From Squalus acanthias (lineage: Eukaryota), in contig CM059432.1 in the NCBI GenBank assembly GCA_030390025.1, positions 86,182,001-86,246,000 of the forward strand: DNA of 64,000 bases. Reading direction: 5' to 3'. The notes below the pieces were generated by a model that was not told the DNA's origin, ran no database searches, and was given only the letters and a program-made list of their open reading frames with translations. Positions 11,632-24,015 of the stretch are shown one piece after another. The number at the start of each line of letters is the position of its first letter. Positions within the stretch are counted from its first letter, which is position 1. Position numbers and translations under genes: made by a program.

Positions 11632-11755
11632 GTTCCCACATTACAACAGTGACTACACTCCAAAAATACTTCATTGGCTGTAAAGCGCTTTGAGATGTCC
11701 GGTGGTCGTGAAAGGTGCTACATAAATGTTAGTCTTTCTTTCTTTCTTTCTTTCT
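11632..11755 (+). mobile_element. 3' tail of an L2-tailed SINE (Deu-domain/SacSINE1-like) ending in (CTTT)n
   Basis: cattacaacagtgactacact..aaa.tacttcattggctgtaaagcgcttt...gtgaaaggtgcta; the same tail occurs inverted at ~40295-40385 and degenerate at ~14600-14745 and ~23800-24015. Confidence 0.7.
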
Positions 11756-11830
11756 TGTGTGATCACGATCTCCGTGGCTTAGATTATAAGAGGAGGATGA
11801 TTTCTGAGCACAAGAGGTTGTGAAGGTCAT

Positions 11831-14460
11831 TCCCCTAGTCCACCAAGCCAAACTTCCCCTAAGGTTCGCCCCTGCCCTAGCCCTGAACTCGCATCTTTCT
11901 CTAGTTTCTCTCCTATTTCCCCTCAAGTCCTCTCTGAGCTCATCTTGTCCATGAGACCTACCTCCTGCTCCCTCGACCCTACTGAACTGCTGACCACCTA
12001 ATTTCCCTTGCTGGTTCCCACGTTAACTGAGATTATTAACGTTTCCCTCTCCTCAGGTACTGTCCCATTCCCCTTCAAATCTGCCGTTATCACCCACCTC
12101 CTCAAAAAAACCACCTTTGACGTCTCTGTCCTTGCAAACTACCACCTCATCTCCAACCCACCTTTCCTCTCCAAAGTCCTTGAACATGTTGTTGCCTCCC
12201 AAATCTGTGCCCATCTCTCCCGCAACTCCACGTTTGAACCCTTCCAATCAGGTTTCTGCCCCTGCCATAGCACTGAAACGGCCCTGATCAAAGTCACAAA
12301 TGACATCCTATGTAACTGGCTGTGGTAAACTATCCCTCCTCATTCTTCTCGACCTGTTTGCAGCCTTTGACACGGTTGACCACGCCATCCTCCTCCAACG
12401 CCTCTCCTCTGTCATCCAGCTTTGTGGGACTGCCCTCACTGGTTCTAATCCTATCTATCCAGTTGTAGCCAGAGAATCGCCTGCAATGGCTTCTCTTCCC
12501 ACTCCCGCATTGTTACCTTTGGAGTCCCACAAGGATCTATCCATGGCCCCCTCCTATTTCTTATCTACATGCTGCCACTCGGCGACATCATCCGAAATCA
12601 CGATGTCAGGTTTCACATGTAGCTGCGACACCCAGCTCTAACTCTCCACCACCTCTCTCAACCCCTCCACTGCCTCTGATTTGTCATGCTGCTGGTCCGA
12701 CATGCAGTCTTGGATGAGCAGAAATTTCCTCCAACTAAATATTGGGCAGACTGATGCCATTGGCCGGAATTTTGCCGGCGCTCAGGGGGCAGGTTTGAAG
12801 GCGGGATATCCGGCAAAATCGCAAAGATTGATAGCGGGTCAGAAACCCGCTGTCAACCCGCCTCCAATCAATCTTCCCAAGTGTCGGGTCCCCATTTTGC
12901 GCATGGACCCAACACCTAGCGGTGGGAAGAGGATTATAGCCACTTAACTGCTTGTTAACAGGTTGTTAACAGGCAGTTAAGAGGCTTTTTGCAATTTTGA
13001 CAGTCCGGACACCACGCCAGGTAAGTGTGGCGTGCTGTGGGTCTACTGTAATGTTTCTGCATTGATGACAGCTGCAGAAGTGGTGTGAAGGATCCAATGG
13101 TGCACTGGTGAGTTTCAGAGGTAAGATAATGTTGGGAAAATCATTTCTAATGCATTTACACTTTTCTGTAGGTAACAAGTATTGATTTGTATGTGTAGTC
13201 CCACCTCATTGGGAGAACCTCTCTCACCAGTGACAGATCGCTTCTGTAACCTCACCTGCAGCTGCCATCTGTTCTAGCCTAAGGAGGGAGTCACGGGAGA
13301 GCCTGTGTGCAAGAGCTCACCTTTGTACAGTGATTGCCAGTGTTTGTAGCACCTCAATGCTGTCAAACACTGAGAAATCAGCTGTCAAAAAAAAATGTGC
13401 ATGGCCCCTTTAAGAAAACCGGCAGATGACACGTCATCAACTGATGTCATCTGACACCGGCTTCCTCTTAATTGGCCGGCAAGCCCACAGGGCGGGCTTA
13501 ACAAGGCCAATTGATGCAAAATCATGTTTGTGGGTCTGATGTCGTTGGGGGCGGGACTGGAACCTGGAAGGCAGCTGTCCCGCACCCAAGCTGCCTCGAG
13601 CAGAAAAATTGCAGCCATTGTCTTCGGTCCCTGCCACAAACTCTGTTCCTTAGCCACCAATTCCATCCCTCTCCCTGCCTCCTGTCTCAGACTGAACCAG
13701 ACCATTCACAGCATTGGAATCCTATTTGACCCTTAGATGAGCTTCCAACCATATATCCGCTTTATCACCAAGACGACCTACTTCCACCTCCATAACATTG
13801 CCCGACTCCGCTCTTGCCTCAGCTCATCTGATGCAGAAACCTTCATCCATGCCTTTGTTACCTCTAGATTTGACTATTTCATTGCTCTCCTGGCCAGCCT
13901 CCCATCTTCCACCCAAAATTCTGCTGCCCACATCCTAATTCGCACCAAGTTCTGTTCACCCATCACCCCTGTGCTCGCTGACCTACATTGGCTCCGGGTC
14001 CGGCAATATGTCGATTTTAAAATGCTCATCCTTGTTCTCAAATCCATCCATATCCTCGCAAACCCCCACCCCCACCGCCCCGCCGCCCCGCCCCCCCAGC
14101 CCCACCCCTCACCATCTCTAACATTCTTCAGCCCTACAAGCCTTCGAGATCTTGGCGCTCCTCCAATTCTGGTTTCTTGATCATCCCCGATTTTCATGGC
14201 TCCACCATTGGTGGCCGTACCTTCAGCTGCCTAGACCCGAAGCTGTGGAATTCCCTCCCTACACCTCTCTTCCTCTCTACTGCTCTCACCTCATTTAAGA
14301 CACTCCTTAAAACCTACTTCTTTGACCAAGCTTTTGGTCACCTGTCCTAATATCTCCTATGTGGCTTGGTGTCAAATTTTGTTTGTTAATGCTCCTGTGA
14401 AGCACCCTTGGATGTTTTACTATGTTAAATGCACTATATAAATACAAGTTGTTGTTGTTG
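11831..14460 (+). mobile_element. L2 LINE, 5'-truncated, degenerate ORF2, split by the element at 12762-13616
   Basis: NYHLISNPPFLSKVLE, QSGF..HSTETALIKVTND, LLDLFAAFDTVDH, FVTSRFDY, LHWL motifs. The tail ends ctatataaatacaag(ttg)n. Confidence 0.9.
12762..13616. mobile_element. Non-autonomous Harbinger-type TIR element
   Basis: Ends GGCCGGAATTTTGC / GAAAAATTGCAGCC with a perfect ATT duplication. Removal restores the L2 sequence gccATTgtcttcggtccc. Confidence 0.85.
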
Positions 14461-14744
14461 TCATTGGGGGTCTGCCCAGAAACCTCCAACAAATGACAAC
14501 TGAGGGTTGGCTTGTAGAATCTGCAGACATCCTTGAATAACGTGACAATTCTAGAGCCACCTGCAATGCAGGCCCCTGCCAGAAAGACCACAATGACAGG
14601 TCAGACAGTTGGCTTGCTGTTTGTGAGATCTTGCTGTACACATATTAGCTGCCAATTTTGCCTATATAACAATGACTGTACTTTAAGAATAATTCATAGT
14701 TGCAGAATACTTTGGGACATCTTGGGGATGTCATAAAGACCTAT

Positions 14745-16123
14745 AAGAACGTAAGAACATAAGAATTAGGCGCAGGGGTAGGCCATATGGCCCCTCGAGC
14801 CTGCTCCGCCATTCAGTAAGATCATGGCTGATCTTCGAACTCAATTCCACTTTCCCATCCAACCCCATATCCCTTGATTCCCTGAGAGTCCAAAAATCTA
14901 TCTATCTCAGCCTTGAATATACTCAACAACTGAGCATCCACACTCCTTTGGGGTAGAAAATTCCAAAGATACACAAACCTCTGAGTGAAGAAATTCCTCC
15001 TTATCTCAGTCTTAAATGGCTGACCCCTTATCCTGAGCCTATGCCCCCTAGTTCTAGACTCTCCAGCCAGGGGAAACAACCTCTCAGCATCTACCCTGTC
15101 AATCCCCTCAGAATCTTATATGTTTCAATGTGATCACCTCTTATTCTTCTAAACTCCAGAGAGTATAGGCCCATTCTACTCAATATTTCCTCATAGGACA
15201 ACCCTCTCATCCCAGGGATCAATCTAGTGAACCTTCGTTGCACCGCCTCTAAGGCAAGTATGTCCTTCCTCAGATAAGGAGACCAAAACTGTGCACAGTA
15301 CTCCAGGTGTGGTCTCACCAAAGCCCTGTACAAATGTAGCAAGACTTCCTTACTCTTGTACTCCAACCCCCTTGCAACAAAGACCAACATGCCATTTTCC
15401 TTCCTAATTGCTTGCTGTACCTGCATGCTAACTTTTTATGTTTCCTGTACGAGGACACCTAAATCTCTCTGAACACCAACATTTGAAAGTTTCTCACCAT
15501 TTAAAAAATAATCTGTTTTTCTATTCTTCCTACCAAAGTGAATAACCTCACATTTCCTCACATTATACTCCATCTGCCACCTTATTGCCCACTCACTTAG
15601 CCTGTCTATATCTCTTTGCAGGCTCTTTGAGTCCTCCTCACAGCTTACTTTCCCACCTAGCTTTGTATCATCAGCAAACTTGGATACATTACACGCGGTC
15701 CCCTCATCTAAGTCATTGATATAGATTGTAAATAGCTGAGGCCTAAGCACTGATCCTTGCGGTACCCCACTAGTTACAGCCTGCCAACCTGAAAATGACC
15801 TGTTTATCCCTACTCTCTGTTTTCTGTCTGTTAACCAATCCTCTAACCGTGCAAATATGTTACCCCCAACCCCATGAGCCCTTATTATGTGTAGCAACCT
15901 TTTATATGGCACCTTATCGAATGCCTTTTGGATTTCCAAATATATTACATCCACTGGTTCTCCTTTATCTACCCTGCTAGTTACATCCTGAAAAAACTCT
16001 AATAAATTTGTTAAATACGATTTCCCTTTCATAAAACCATATTGACTCTGCCTAATCATATTATGATTTTCTAAGTGCCCTGTTACCACTTCCTTAATAA
16101 TGGATTCCAGCATTTTCCCGACT
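14745..16123 (-). mobile_element. CR1 LINE, 5'-truncated (RT and 3' tail)
   Basis: ORFs 15436..16227, 15091..15426 and 14822..15079 carry CR1 RT motifs. (acataaga)n tail at ~14745-14764. Confidence 0.93.
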
Positions 16124-16379
16124 ATAAAAACGCAAGTTTTATCTTTTCTCTTTTCGCTCTCTGACTCCTTGCAAGAGGGCTTGCAGCATGCAGGGATGAC
16201 AAACTGACTTTTCTCACTCAATAGCACCCAAATTTACAGAAATCTGATGAGTAATCATGTAGCTTTGATCTCCCAGTGCTATTTCAGGTGCTAAACTGGC
16301 CGATAGATTGCAGTTCAATGCTGATTTAGAGGATTAGTGCCTTTTTTCATTGGCTGGCCCACCTTGATTGTACATTTTT

Positions 16380-16812
16380 AGGAATGATACAAAAGCAATG
16401 GAAAAGGTGTAGGTAGCCTAGGATGTTAGTAGGGATGAGGGGTTACATCTATGAAGAGCAACTTGAGATGATGAAGCTGAAAAGGTCAAGTGGTGACCTG
16501 GGAGATTTTAAGATTATGAAGGGTTATGATAAGGTAAATGGTGGCGGATTGTTTCCACTGGTCGGTGAGTCGGTAACAAGATGACACAAGTTTAAGCTAA
16601 TTCCAAAAGGAATTAAAGGGGAGGGTGGCAAAATAAATATTTACACAGAGGGTTGTTAGAATGTGGTGTTATCTGCCATAATCTATCCATAAATTCTTTT
16701 CAAAGGCAATTAATTATTTGAAAACAAGGAATATTAAAGGATGTGGGGAGCAAGGAGGAGAGTAAGGTTAGACTGGGTGACTTGTATGGAGAAAAACATT
16801 CTATGATTCATA
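16380..16812 (+). mobile_element. Old CR1 3' fragment
   Basis: Degenerate ...aagattatgaagggttatgataaggta...tttacacagagggttgttagaatgtgg..., ending ttctatgattc. Confidence 0.65.
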
Positions 16813-17076
16813 AATCTGCATTTCTCCACGAGCCACCTAGTCTACTCTCACTCTCCTGATTGCTCCCCAAAGCTCTGATTCCCAGATTTAAAACTAGCAG
16901 CAGTAAGTTCTGCCAAAAAGTTTCAGTAACCTATAGTTTCACCATGGATAGCTCATCAACAGCAATGTTTAGGTTCATGTCATTGGAAATTGGGAAATAA
17001 AACATACTGGGACTATGCTGCCCTTTACTTCCCAAATATAAGATTTCTGTGCTGCAAAAGGTTCACCAATCACAAT

Positions 17077-20000
17077 AGCCCAAGATTTGCTGTCAAAATA
17101 ACGTCAAGATTAATAACTTTCGCCGCTATTTAAGTGCTAATGCCATAGAAACTTCAGGCGAGGGCAGTTATGCTATTAAACACAGAAATCGAGATGTTGC
17201 AGTCGGAGATGTGCCGCTCTGCCATTAGCATTGCGAAAACGGCATCTTGCTGTCTGGTTCCCCATTCAAATGTCTTGAGCGGTGTGAAGTTCCTGTACTA
17301 GTACGGTAGATACAAAGTAAACTTGCTACAGAAAGCTAAGTCAAGTCATTTCAAGTCTAATTACCCTTTTAATGACGTGATAAGTGTTAATTACTGCCAG
17401 TCAACCTCTCTGGCACTGAATTTAACTATTACAAATGTGGATTCTCATTCCTTCAGGTTTTAATTATTGTTGGAGATTTTTTTTTACTTTTTCTTTCTGT
17501 CTCTTTTTTCTCTCTCTCTTAATCCAATCTTTCTTTTAAAAACATAAGAAATAGGAGCAGGAGTAGGCCATTTGGCCCTTTGAGCCTGCTCTGCCATTCA
17601 ATGAGATCATGGCTGATCTTCTGCCTCAATTCCATTCACCGGCCTTATCGCCATATTCCTTGATGCCCTTACTAGTCAGAAATCTATAGACTTCTGTTTT
17701 GAATATACCCAATGACTGAGCCTCCACAACCCTCTGGGGTAGAGAATTCCAAAGATTCACCACCCTCTGTGTGAAGAAATTTCTTCTCATCTCAGTCCTG
17801 AATGGCCTACCCTTTATCCTGAGGCTGTGGCCCCTGGTTCTAGACTCCCCAGCCAAGGGAAACATTCTCCCAGCATCCACCCTATCAAGCCCTGTAATAA
17901 TTTTGTATGCTTCAATGAGATCCCTTCTCATTCTTCTGAATTCAAGAGAATACGGGCCTAGTTTACACAATCTCTTCTCATACGACAGTCCCGCCATCCC
18001 AGGAATCAATCTCGTGAACCTTCGTTGCACTCCCTCTATGGCAAGTATATCCTTCCTTAGGTAAGGAGACCAAAATTGTACACAGTACTCCAGGTGTGGT
18101 CTCACCAAGGCCCTATATAATTGGAGTAAGACTTCTTTACTCCTGTACTCAAATCCTCTTGTAATGAAGGCCAGCATACCATTTGCCTTCCTAATGGCTT
18201 GCTGCTACTGCACATTCCCTTTCAGTGACTCATGTACAAGGACACCCAGGTCCCTTTGAGCATCTGCATTCCCCAATCTTTCACCATTTAGGAAATACTC
18301 TGCCTTTCTGTTTTTTCTACCAAAGTGGATAACTTCACATTTATCCACATTATAATCCATCTGCCATGTTCTCACCCACTCACTGAGCCTGTCGAGATCC
18401 CCTTGAAGCCTCTTCACATCCTCTTCGCAACTGACACTGCCACCTAGCTTTGTGTCATCAGCAAATTTAGAAATGTTACATTTAGTCCCCTCATCCAAAT
18501 CATTGATATAGATTGTGAATAGCTGGGGCCCAAGCACCGATCCTTGCGGTACCCCACTAGTCACAGCCTACCATCCTGAAAAAGACCCGTTTATCCCTAC
18601 TCTTTGTTTTCTGTCTGTTAACCCATTCTCAATCCATGCTAGTATATTACCCCAATTCCATGTGCCCTAATTTTGTTCACCAACCTCTTGTGTGGGGCCT
18701 TATCGAAGTCCTTCTGAAAATCCAAATACACCACATCTACCCGTTCCCCTTTGTCTACTCCACTAGTTACATCCTCAAAGAACTCCAATAGCTTTGTCAA
18801 ACAGGACTTCCCTTTCATAAATCCATGTTGACTCTGCCCAATCTTACTATTAGTTTCTAAGTGCCCAGTTAAGCATCCTTTATAATAGATTCCAGCATTT
18901 TCCCAACTACTGATGTGAGGCTAACAGGTCTGTAGTTCCCCGTTTTCTCTCTCCCTCCTTTTTTAAATAGCGGGGTTACATTTGCTATCCTCCAATCTGC
19001 AGGAACCGTTCCAGAATCTATAGAATTTTGGAAGATGACAACCAATGCGTCCACTATCCCAATGGTCACCTCTTTCAAAACCCTAGGATGTAGGTCATCC
19101 AGTCCTTGAGATTTATCGACTTTTAGTCCCATTAATTTTGCTAGTACTGTATTTTTACTAATAATAATTTCTTTAAGTTCCTCATTCTCGCCACACCCTT
19201 GGTTTTCTCGTATTTCTGGGAGGTATTTTGTGTCTTCCTCCGTGAAGACAGAAACAAAGTATTTATTTAATTTCTCTGCCATTTCCTCATTCCCCATTAT
19301 AAATTCTCCCGTCTCTGACTGTAAAAGACCTACAATTACCTTCGCCAGTCTTTTCCTTTTCACATACCTATAGAAGCTTTTACAATCCGTTTTTATATTT
19401 TTCGCTAGTTTGTGCTCATATTCCATTTTCCCTTTCTTTATCAATTTATTGGTCCCCCTTTGCTGATTTCTAAAAAGATCCCAATCCTCAGGCTGACCGC
19501 TTTTTCTGGCAACTTTATAAGCTTCCTCCTTTGACTGAATACTAGCTTTAATTTCTTTTGTTAGCCATGGTTGGATCACTTTTCCTTTTGGGTTTTTATG
19601 CCCTAGAGGAATATATGTTTGTTGCAAATTATGCATTATTTCCTTGAATGTTAGCCATTGTATGTCCACCTTCATACCTTTTAATGTAGTCTCCCAATCT
19701 ACCATAGCCAACTTGTCCCTCATACCCTTGTAGTTTCCTCTGTTTAGATTGAAGACCTTAGTTTCAGATTGGACTACATCACTCTCAAACTTAATGTAAA
19801 ATTCAATCATATTATGGTCACTTGTCCCTAAAGGCCCCTTTACCACAAGATTATTGATTAGCCCTTTCTCATTACACAGTACCAGATCCAGAATAGCCTG
19901 TTCCCTGGTTGGTTCCTCCACATACTGATCCAGGAAACCATCTCGCATGCATTCCAAGAATTCGTCCTCCACACCATTAATGGTAACTTGATTTGCCCAG

Positions 20001-20360
20001 TCAATATGTAGATTAAAGTCCCCCATGATTACCGTATTGCCCCTGTTACATGCACTTCTAATCTCTTTATTTCTCTTTCTGTACCTGATTTGACAGTAAA
20101 TTCACCATTCTAAATTAAATTTTCCTCTCAGTCTTTATGCTGGTAATTTCACGATTCTTCAATCTGATTAGTTAAGGAGATACACAGTTGCTTGCTCTGT
20201 TCACTCAGGTCCCAGATGCCCTGTAGAGTTTGCCGTGCTATTTCCATCTTGCACTTCCAGCAACTTGCAGTGCAAAATATTGTTGACATTAAGTGGGCAG
20301 GGGAAAGTCTAACTAACAGCGGGCGCTGTTTGTTGGCCTGCCACTGCAATTTTTGGGCCC
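17077..20360. mobile_element. Non-autonomous Harbinger-type element (~760 bp) split by the CR1 at 17540-20065
   Basis: Ends AGCCCAAGATTTGC ... GCAATTTTTGGGCC(C). A pyrimidine tract continues on both sides of the CR1. No clean TSD. Confidence 0.55.
17540..20065 (-). mobile_element. Young CR1 LINE, 5'-truncated within the endonuclease
   Basis: Long ORFs 18869..20026, 18205..18564 and 17626..18177. Nearly identical to 33737-36270. Confidence 0.95.
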
Positions 20361-20805
20361 TAGTTAGGGAAATGTAATACACACCTACTTATAATTAAAT
20401 AAAATCCTGAAGCTCTAAAAGAAAAATCCTATTTTTCATTTTTTTCAAGTCGGCCATTGCTCATTCATGTGACATATCATTGTTGACGATAAATATAACC
20501 AAAAACTATCTAATTGACTGGTCCAACAAAATTTGTGTAGCCTCCCCTTACTACCATGTGCTTCTTACTTGTCTCCTGTCTCTTTTTAAGTGTTTGTCAT
20601 TTTGAACATTTTTTCAAACAATGCATAAATATTTGACTCTAGGATTGGTGCAACAGTGTGGTGGTAGCAGCACCCATTCTGCTAGAAAGCCATTGATGAA
20701 GATGTAATTGTCCTTCAGAACAAACTAATTTTCACAGTAGAATCAAGCACCTGGTCCATCTCATTGGGACAATGTACAAGCACTTTAGATCTTACAACTA
20801 CTAAG

Positions 20806-20948
20806 GGACAAGTGTCAGCTTGGATCAATTGGTAGTACTCTCACATCGGAGTCAGATGGTTGTGGAATCAAGCTCCATTATAGACTTGGACTGTCATTTC
20901 AGTGCAGTTCTGAGGGAATACTACATTGTTGGAACAGCTGTCTTTTGG
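20806..20948 (+). mobile_element. 5' (tRNA-derived) head of a Deu/SacSINE1-like SINE, degenerate
   Basis: gtcagcttggatcaattggtagtactctc..gagtcagatggttgtggaatcaagc: decayed A/B boxes followed by cagtgcagttctgaggga. Confidence 0.55.
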
Positions 20949-21204
20949 TTGGGGGGAGTGATTTTCTTGGGGTTAGTGCCCAAATAGTGCCTGGAAAATG
21001 GGTGCTTTCCACATGACAAATAGACATTAATCATTTGCCTCCATTCTGTGCCTGAAGAGGGCACAACAATGTAAATTGCATACAAATGATTGTCAGAGAC
21101 CTGTACACTCAGAGATCCTGCTCTAGCAATGGGTGCAGTTCAGGGTCAAACTGCTCCCAGAAAAACCTGTGCTACAGCTTCTAGAGCTGCCGTTTGAGCA
21201 TTAT

Positions 21205-22104
21205 GGGGGAGAAATTCAGTATCGCCCCGTTTGGGGCGCAATTATCGGCCGGGCGCAAAGATTAGCGGCTGGCGCTAATTATCACCTCCGACTGCAAACT
21301 TGACTTTTATCGCCCCTGGAGGTGATTGGAGCGTTAAATCAGGCGCTACACATCTGTCTTAAGGCGCAAAGGCTGAGGAGCGAGGCGCTAACTCAGAGCG
21401 CTGGCGAAGCTCATGTGATGTCAGTCAGCAATGGAACACAGACACAATGGACAATGGCGCTGGCCAGTTCTTAAAGGGGAGGGTTGATCTTGCTTTCCAT
21501 CCACATCCTGCTCATTGCAGCCTTGAATCTAGGCCTGGAGAGACCTGTACATCAAATCTGCTGGAAAGAACAATGGAGAGTACCAGGGAAAGAGCTCAGA
21601 GTGCAACCCCCACAGTCTCTTCTAAATCGATACAAGGAGGGGCAAATCAAAATGAACCTGCAAAGTGCTGCTCAGTACCCAAAACTTCTTCACACAGCGT
21701 TGAATCTCTTCAGAAGTCTCTCTCTCTCTCTCTCAGAATGCGTGGTTCAAAAATGTCACCAACAAAAAAAGGCAGGAAGCGGTCACCTTTAAATAGCGCT
21801 CCCCCAGTCCCTTCCTGACTGCAAAACGCTCCCCTCAACCTGTCGTTGCTAGCGGCAGGCGGTAAGGCAGGGGGCACCACTCAATATCCGCTCCGGGGCG
21901 CTACCGGTGCGTTGCGCACTCGACTGACGTCACGATCTGCCGGCGCAGGAGATCGTGGCGGTAGTGTTTAGCGCCGCCGCAAAATGTCGAGTTAATTTCG
22001 CGAGCGGCGCAAACATCGCCGCGCCCGGGCACTAGTTGCTTTGCGCCCCATTAGCGCCCTCTTAAGGCACTAACGGGAGGCGCAACCAACTGAATTTTTC
22101 CCTC
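21205..22104 (+). mobile_element. Harbinger internal-deletion derivative (900 bp), CpG-rich ends
   Basis: TIRs GGGGGAGAAATTCAG / CTGAATTTTTCCCTC with a TAT duplication. Retains a Myb-like start (MESTRERA) and shares cgtcacgatctgcc with the right end of 43769-47469. Confidence 0.88.
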
Positions 22105-23058
22105 TATCTGTCTTAAAATGACAGGCTGGTTATTATTTATGGCCTTTTGAATAAAAAATGGCATTTCAGCTTCAGAAATTGTTTCAGAATGCAGTTACTT
22201 TTTTTCACTCACTAGTAGATACCATGCTTGGTACAGTGGTTCTATTTGTGAGATGGCTTGTTTGGAGGAAATGAGAAGCAACAGCCACAAGCTCCCTTGA
22301 CAGCTGCTGAAGATGTTTGCCTGCCCCTGTCCAGAGCCACCATCAACTGGATCATTAGCAAAGGACAGGAATCCCTCTTCCATCTTTCCATACTAAACAT
22401 CCAACCCAGAATCAAGAAGATAATTCTCACTGTCAAACCTGCACTTTCCTCCTATCCACATCACAGTTGTTTTCCCTGTCCATCTACAATAAACATAGGA
22501 ACAGGAGTAGGCCATTTAGCCCCTCGAGCCTGCTCCGCCCCTTTCTTTAAAATAAGAAGCTTGGCACAGGTGCAACACAGGTGTAAAAGCACAAATAGAA
22601 ATAGTAATCAGCTTCCAACAGTGATTTATTACAATACAATGTTTCTGTGACTCACTACTCTTTATCATCACAGTGCTTCACTCTTATCCACTTTCTCCAT
22701 GGTGGTGTTTTAAGTGCATGGCTGCCTATCCTAGTATGCCTCCTAAGTGAACTCTCACTGACAGAAGACTAGGAGAAGGGGCTAAGCTGTGACTCCGGTA
22801 CATGTTGATAGGAATGAGGTGGCACTTGATCTCTTCGAGCATAGATCCTGGATGATCCTGCTACAGACTGTGCCAAGCTTTTAGCAATAGGTATGTTTCT
22901 GCAATGAAAATGTATAGTGGTTAAAGAATATGAAGAGTGAAAACAGGAGGTTTTCAGAACCTATGCAAATCAACAGAGATTGTGAGGGACCAAACGCATT
23001 GAAGTATATAGAAGAAACACCTTTTCATGTGTGGAAAGCTAGCCAGCCAGTGCCCTAC

Positions 23059-23283
23059 CTTGCCCCTTTTTATAATGAACTTCTTTTGTCACTATATCCA
23101 TGTGCAGGTGTTCAGTTCCTCCGCTATTTGTTGTCACGCATTGTGTCCAGTTGTTTTGGATACTTTTATGCCCAAGGCAGGGTACAGCACTGCCCTCTGC
23201 CTCACCATAGCCTGCAGCAGCACTTCAGTGCTCACATCGTCAAACTGTGCTGCCCTTTGTCTTCCTCTTCATGCTGCTGTCAT
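23059..23283 (-). pseudogene. Degenerate Harbinger Myb/SANT exon 1
   Basis: MTAA*RGRQRAAQFDDVSTEVLLQAMVRQRAVLYP...A*QQIAEELNTCTWI**QKKF, ending AAG|gtagg at the same position as the other Myb exon-1 copies. Confidence 0.7.
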
Positions 23284-23794
23284 CCTATCCTGCCAGAAAA
23301 GCAGAAAAACATCATTAAAGGATGGAGCTTGAAAAACAGCATGAGTGCATACTTTCCAGGGCAGACTTCAGTCACAAATGCATTGAAAGCATTTTAAACA
23401 AAACCTTCAGCTAGCTTAAAATTTTTAACAATTTTGAAATATCAGTTACAGCAAAAACAGCCACTTACTTTCTTGCAGAAACAGTCAATAACGATTATTC
23501 TGCAGCAGTTCCTTGGAGTTGCCTCCTCTTGCTCCATGAACCTTTAATCAGCCTTATGACTTTAAGGCATGAGGTACACCCAAACCTCCCGTCACCTGGT
23601 TAGATTGCTCCATTTGCACACCTCCACGTGCCACGACGTCTGCACTCTATGAAGGCCATCAGGAAATCCAGGCGCTCCACTGCCTCCCGGCTTGTAGTGC
23701 CTCCCCAGGTAATGCAGCTCCGAGACGATAAACCTAGGCCAGGGTTGCTGGGCCTACTCAGTCCCATGGAATTATTTGAAAAGCAGCAGGACGT

Positions 23795-24015
23795 CCTCCT
23801 GGTATCCTGGCCAACATTCCTCCCTTATCAGATTATCTGGGTATTCATTCAATTGCTGTTAGTAGGACCTTGCTGTACGCAAACTGGCTGCCAATTTGTC
23901 TGCATGTTAACAGTGATCGTATGTATTCCAAAAAAAGTAATCTATTGGTTGTAAAGTGCTTTGAGATGTTCTGAGAACATGAAAGGTGCCATTTAAATGC
24001 AAGTTCATTCTTTAT
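23795..24015 (+). mobile_element. Deu/SacSINE1-like SINE 3' half
   Basis: tcctggccaacatt...accttgctgtacgcaaactggctgcc...attggttgtaaagtgcttt...gaaaggtgc tail. Confidence 0.6.
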
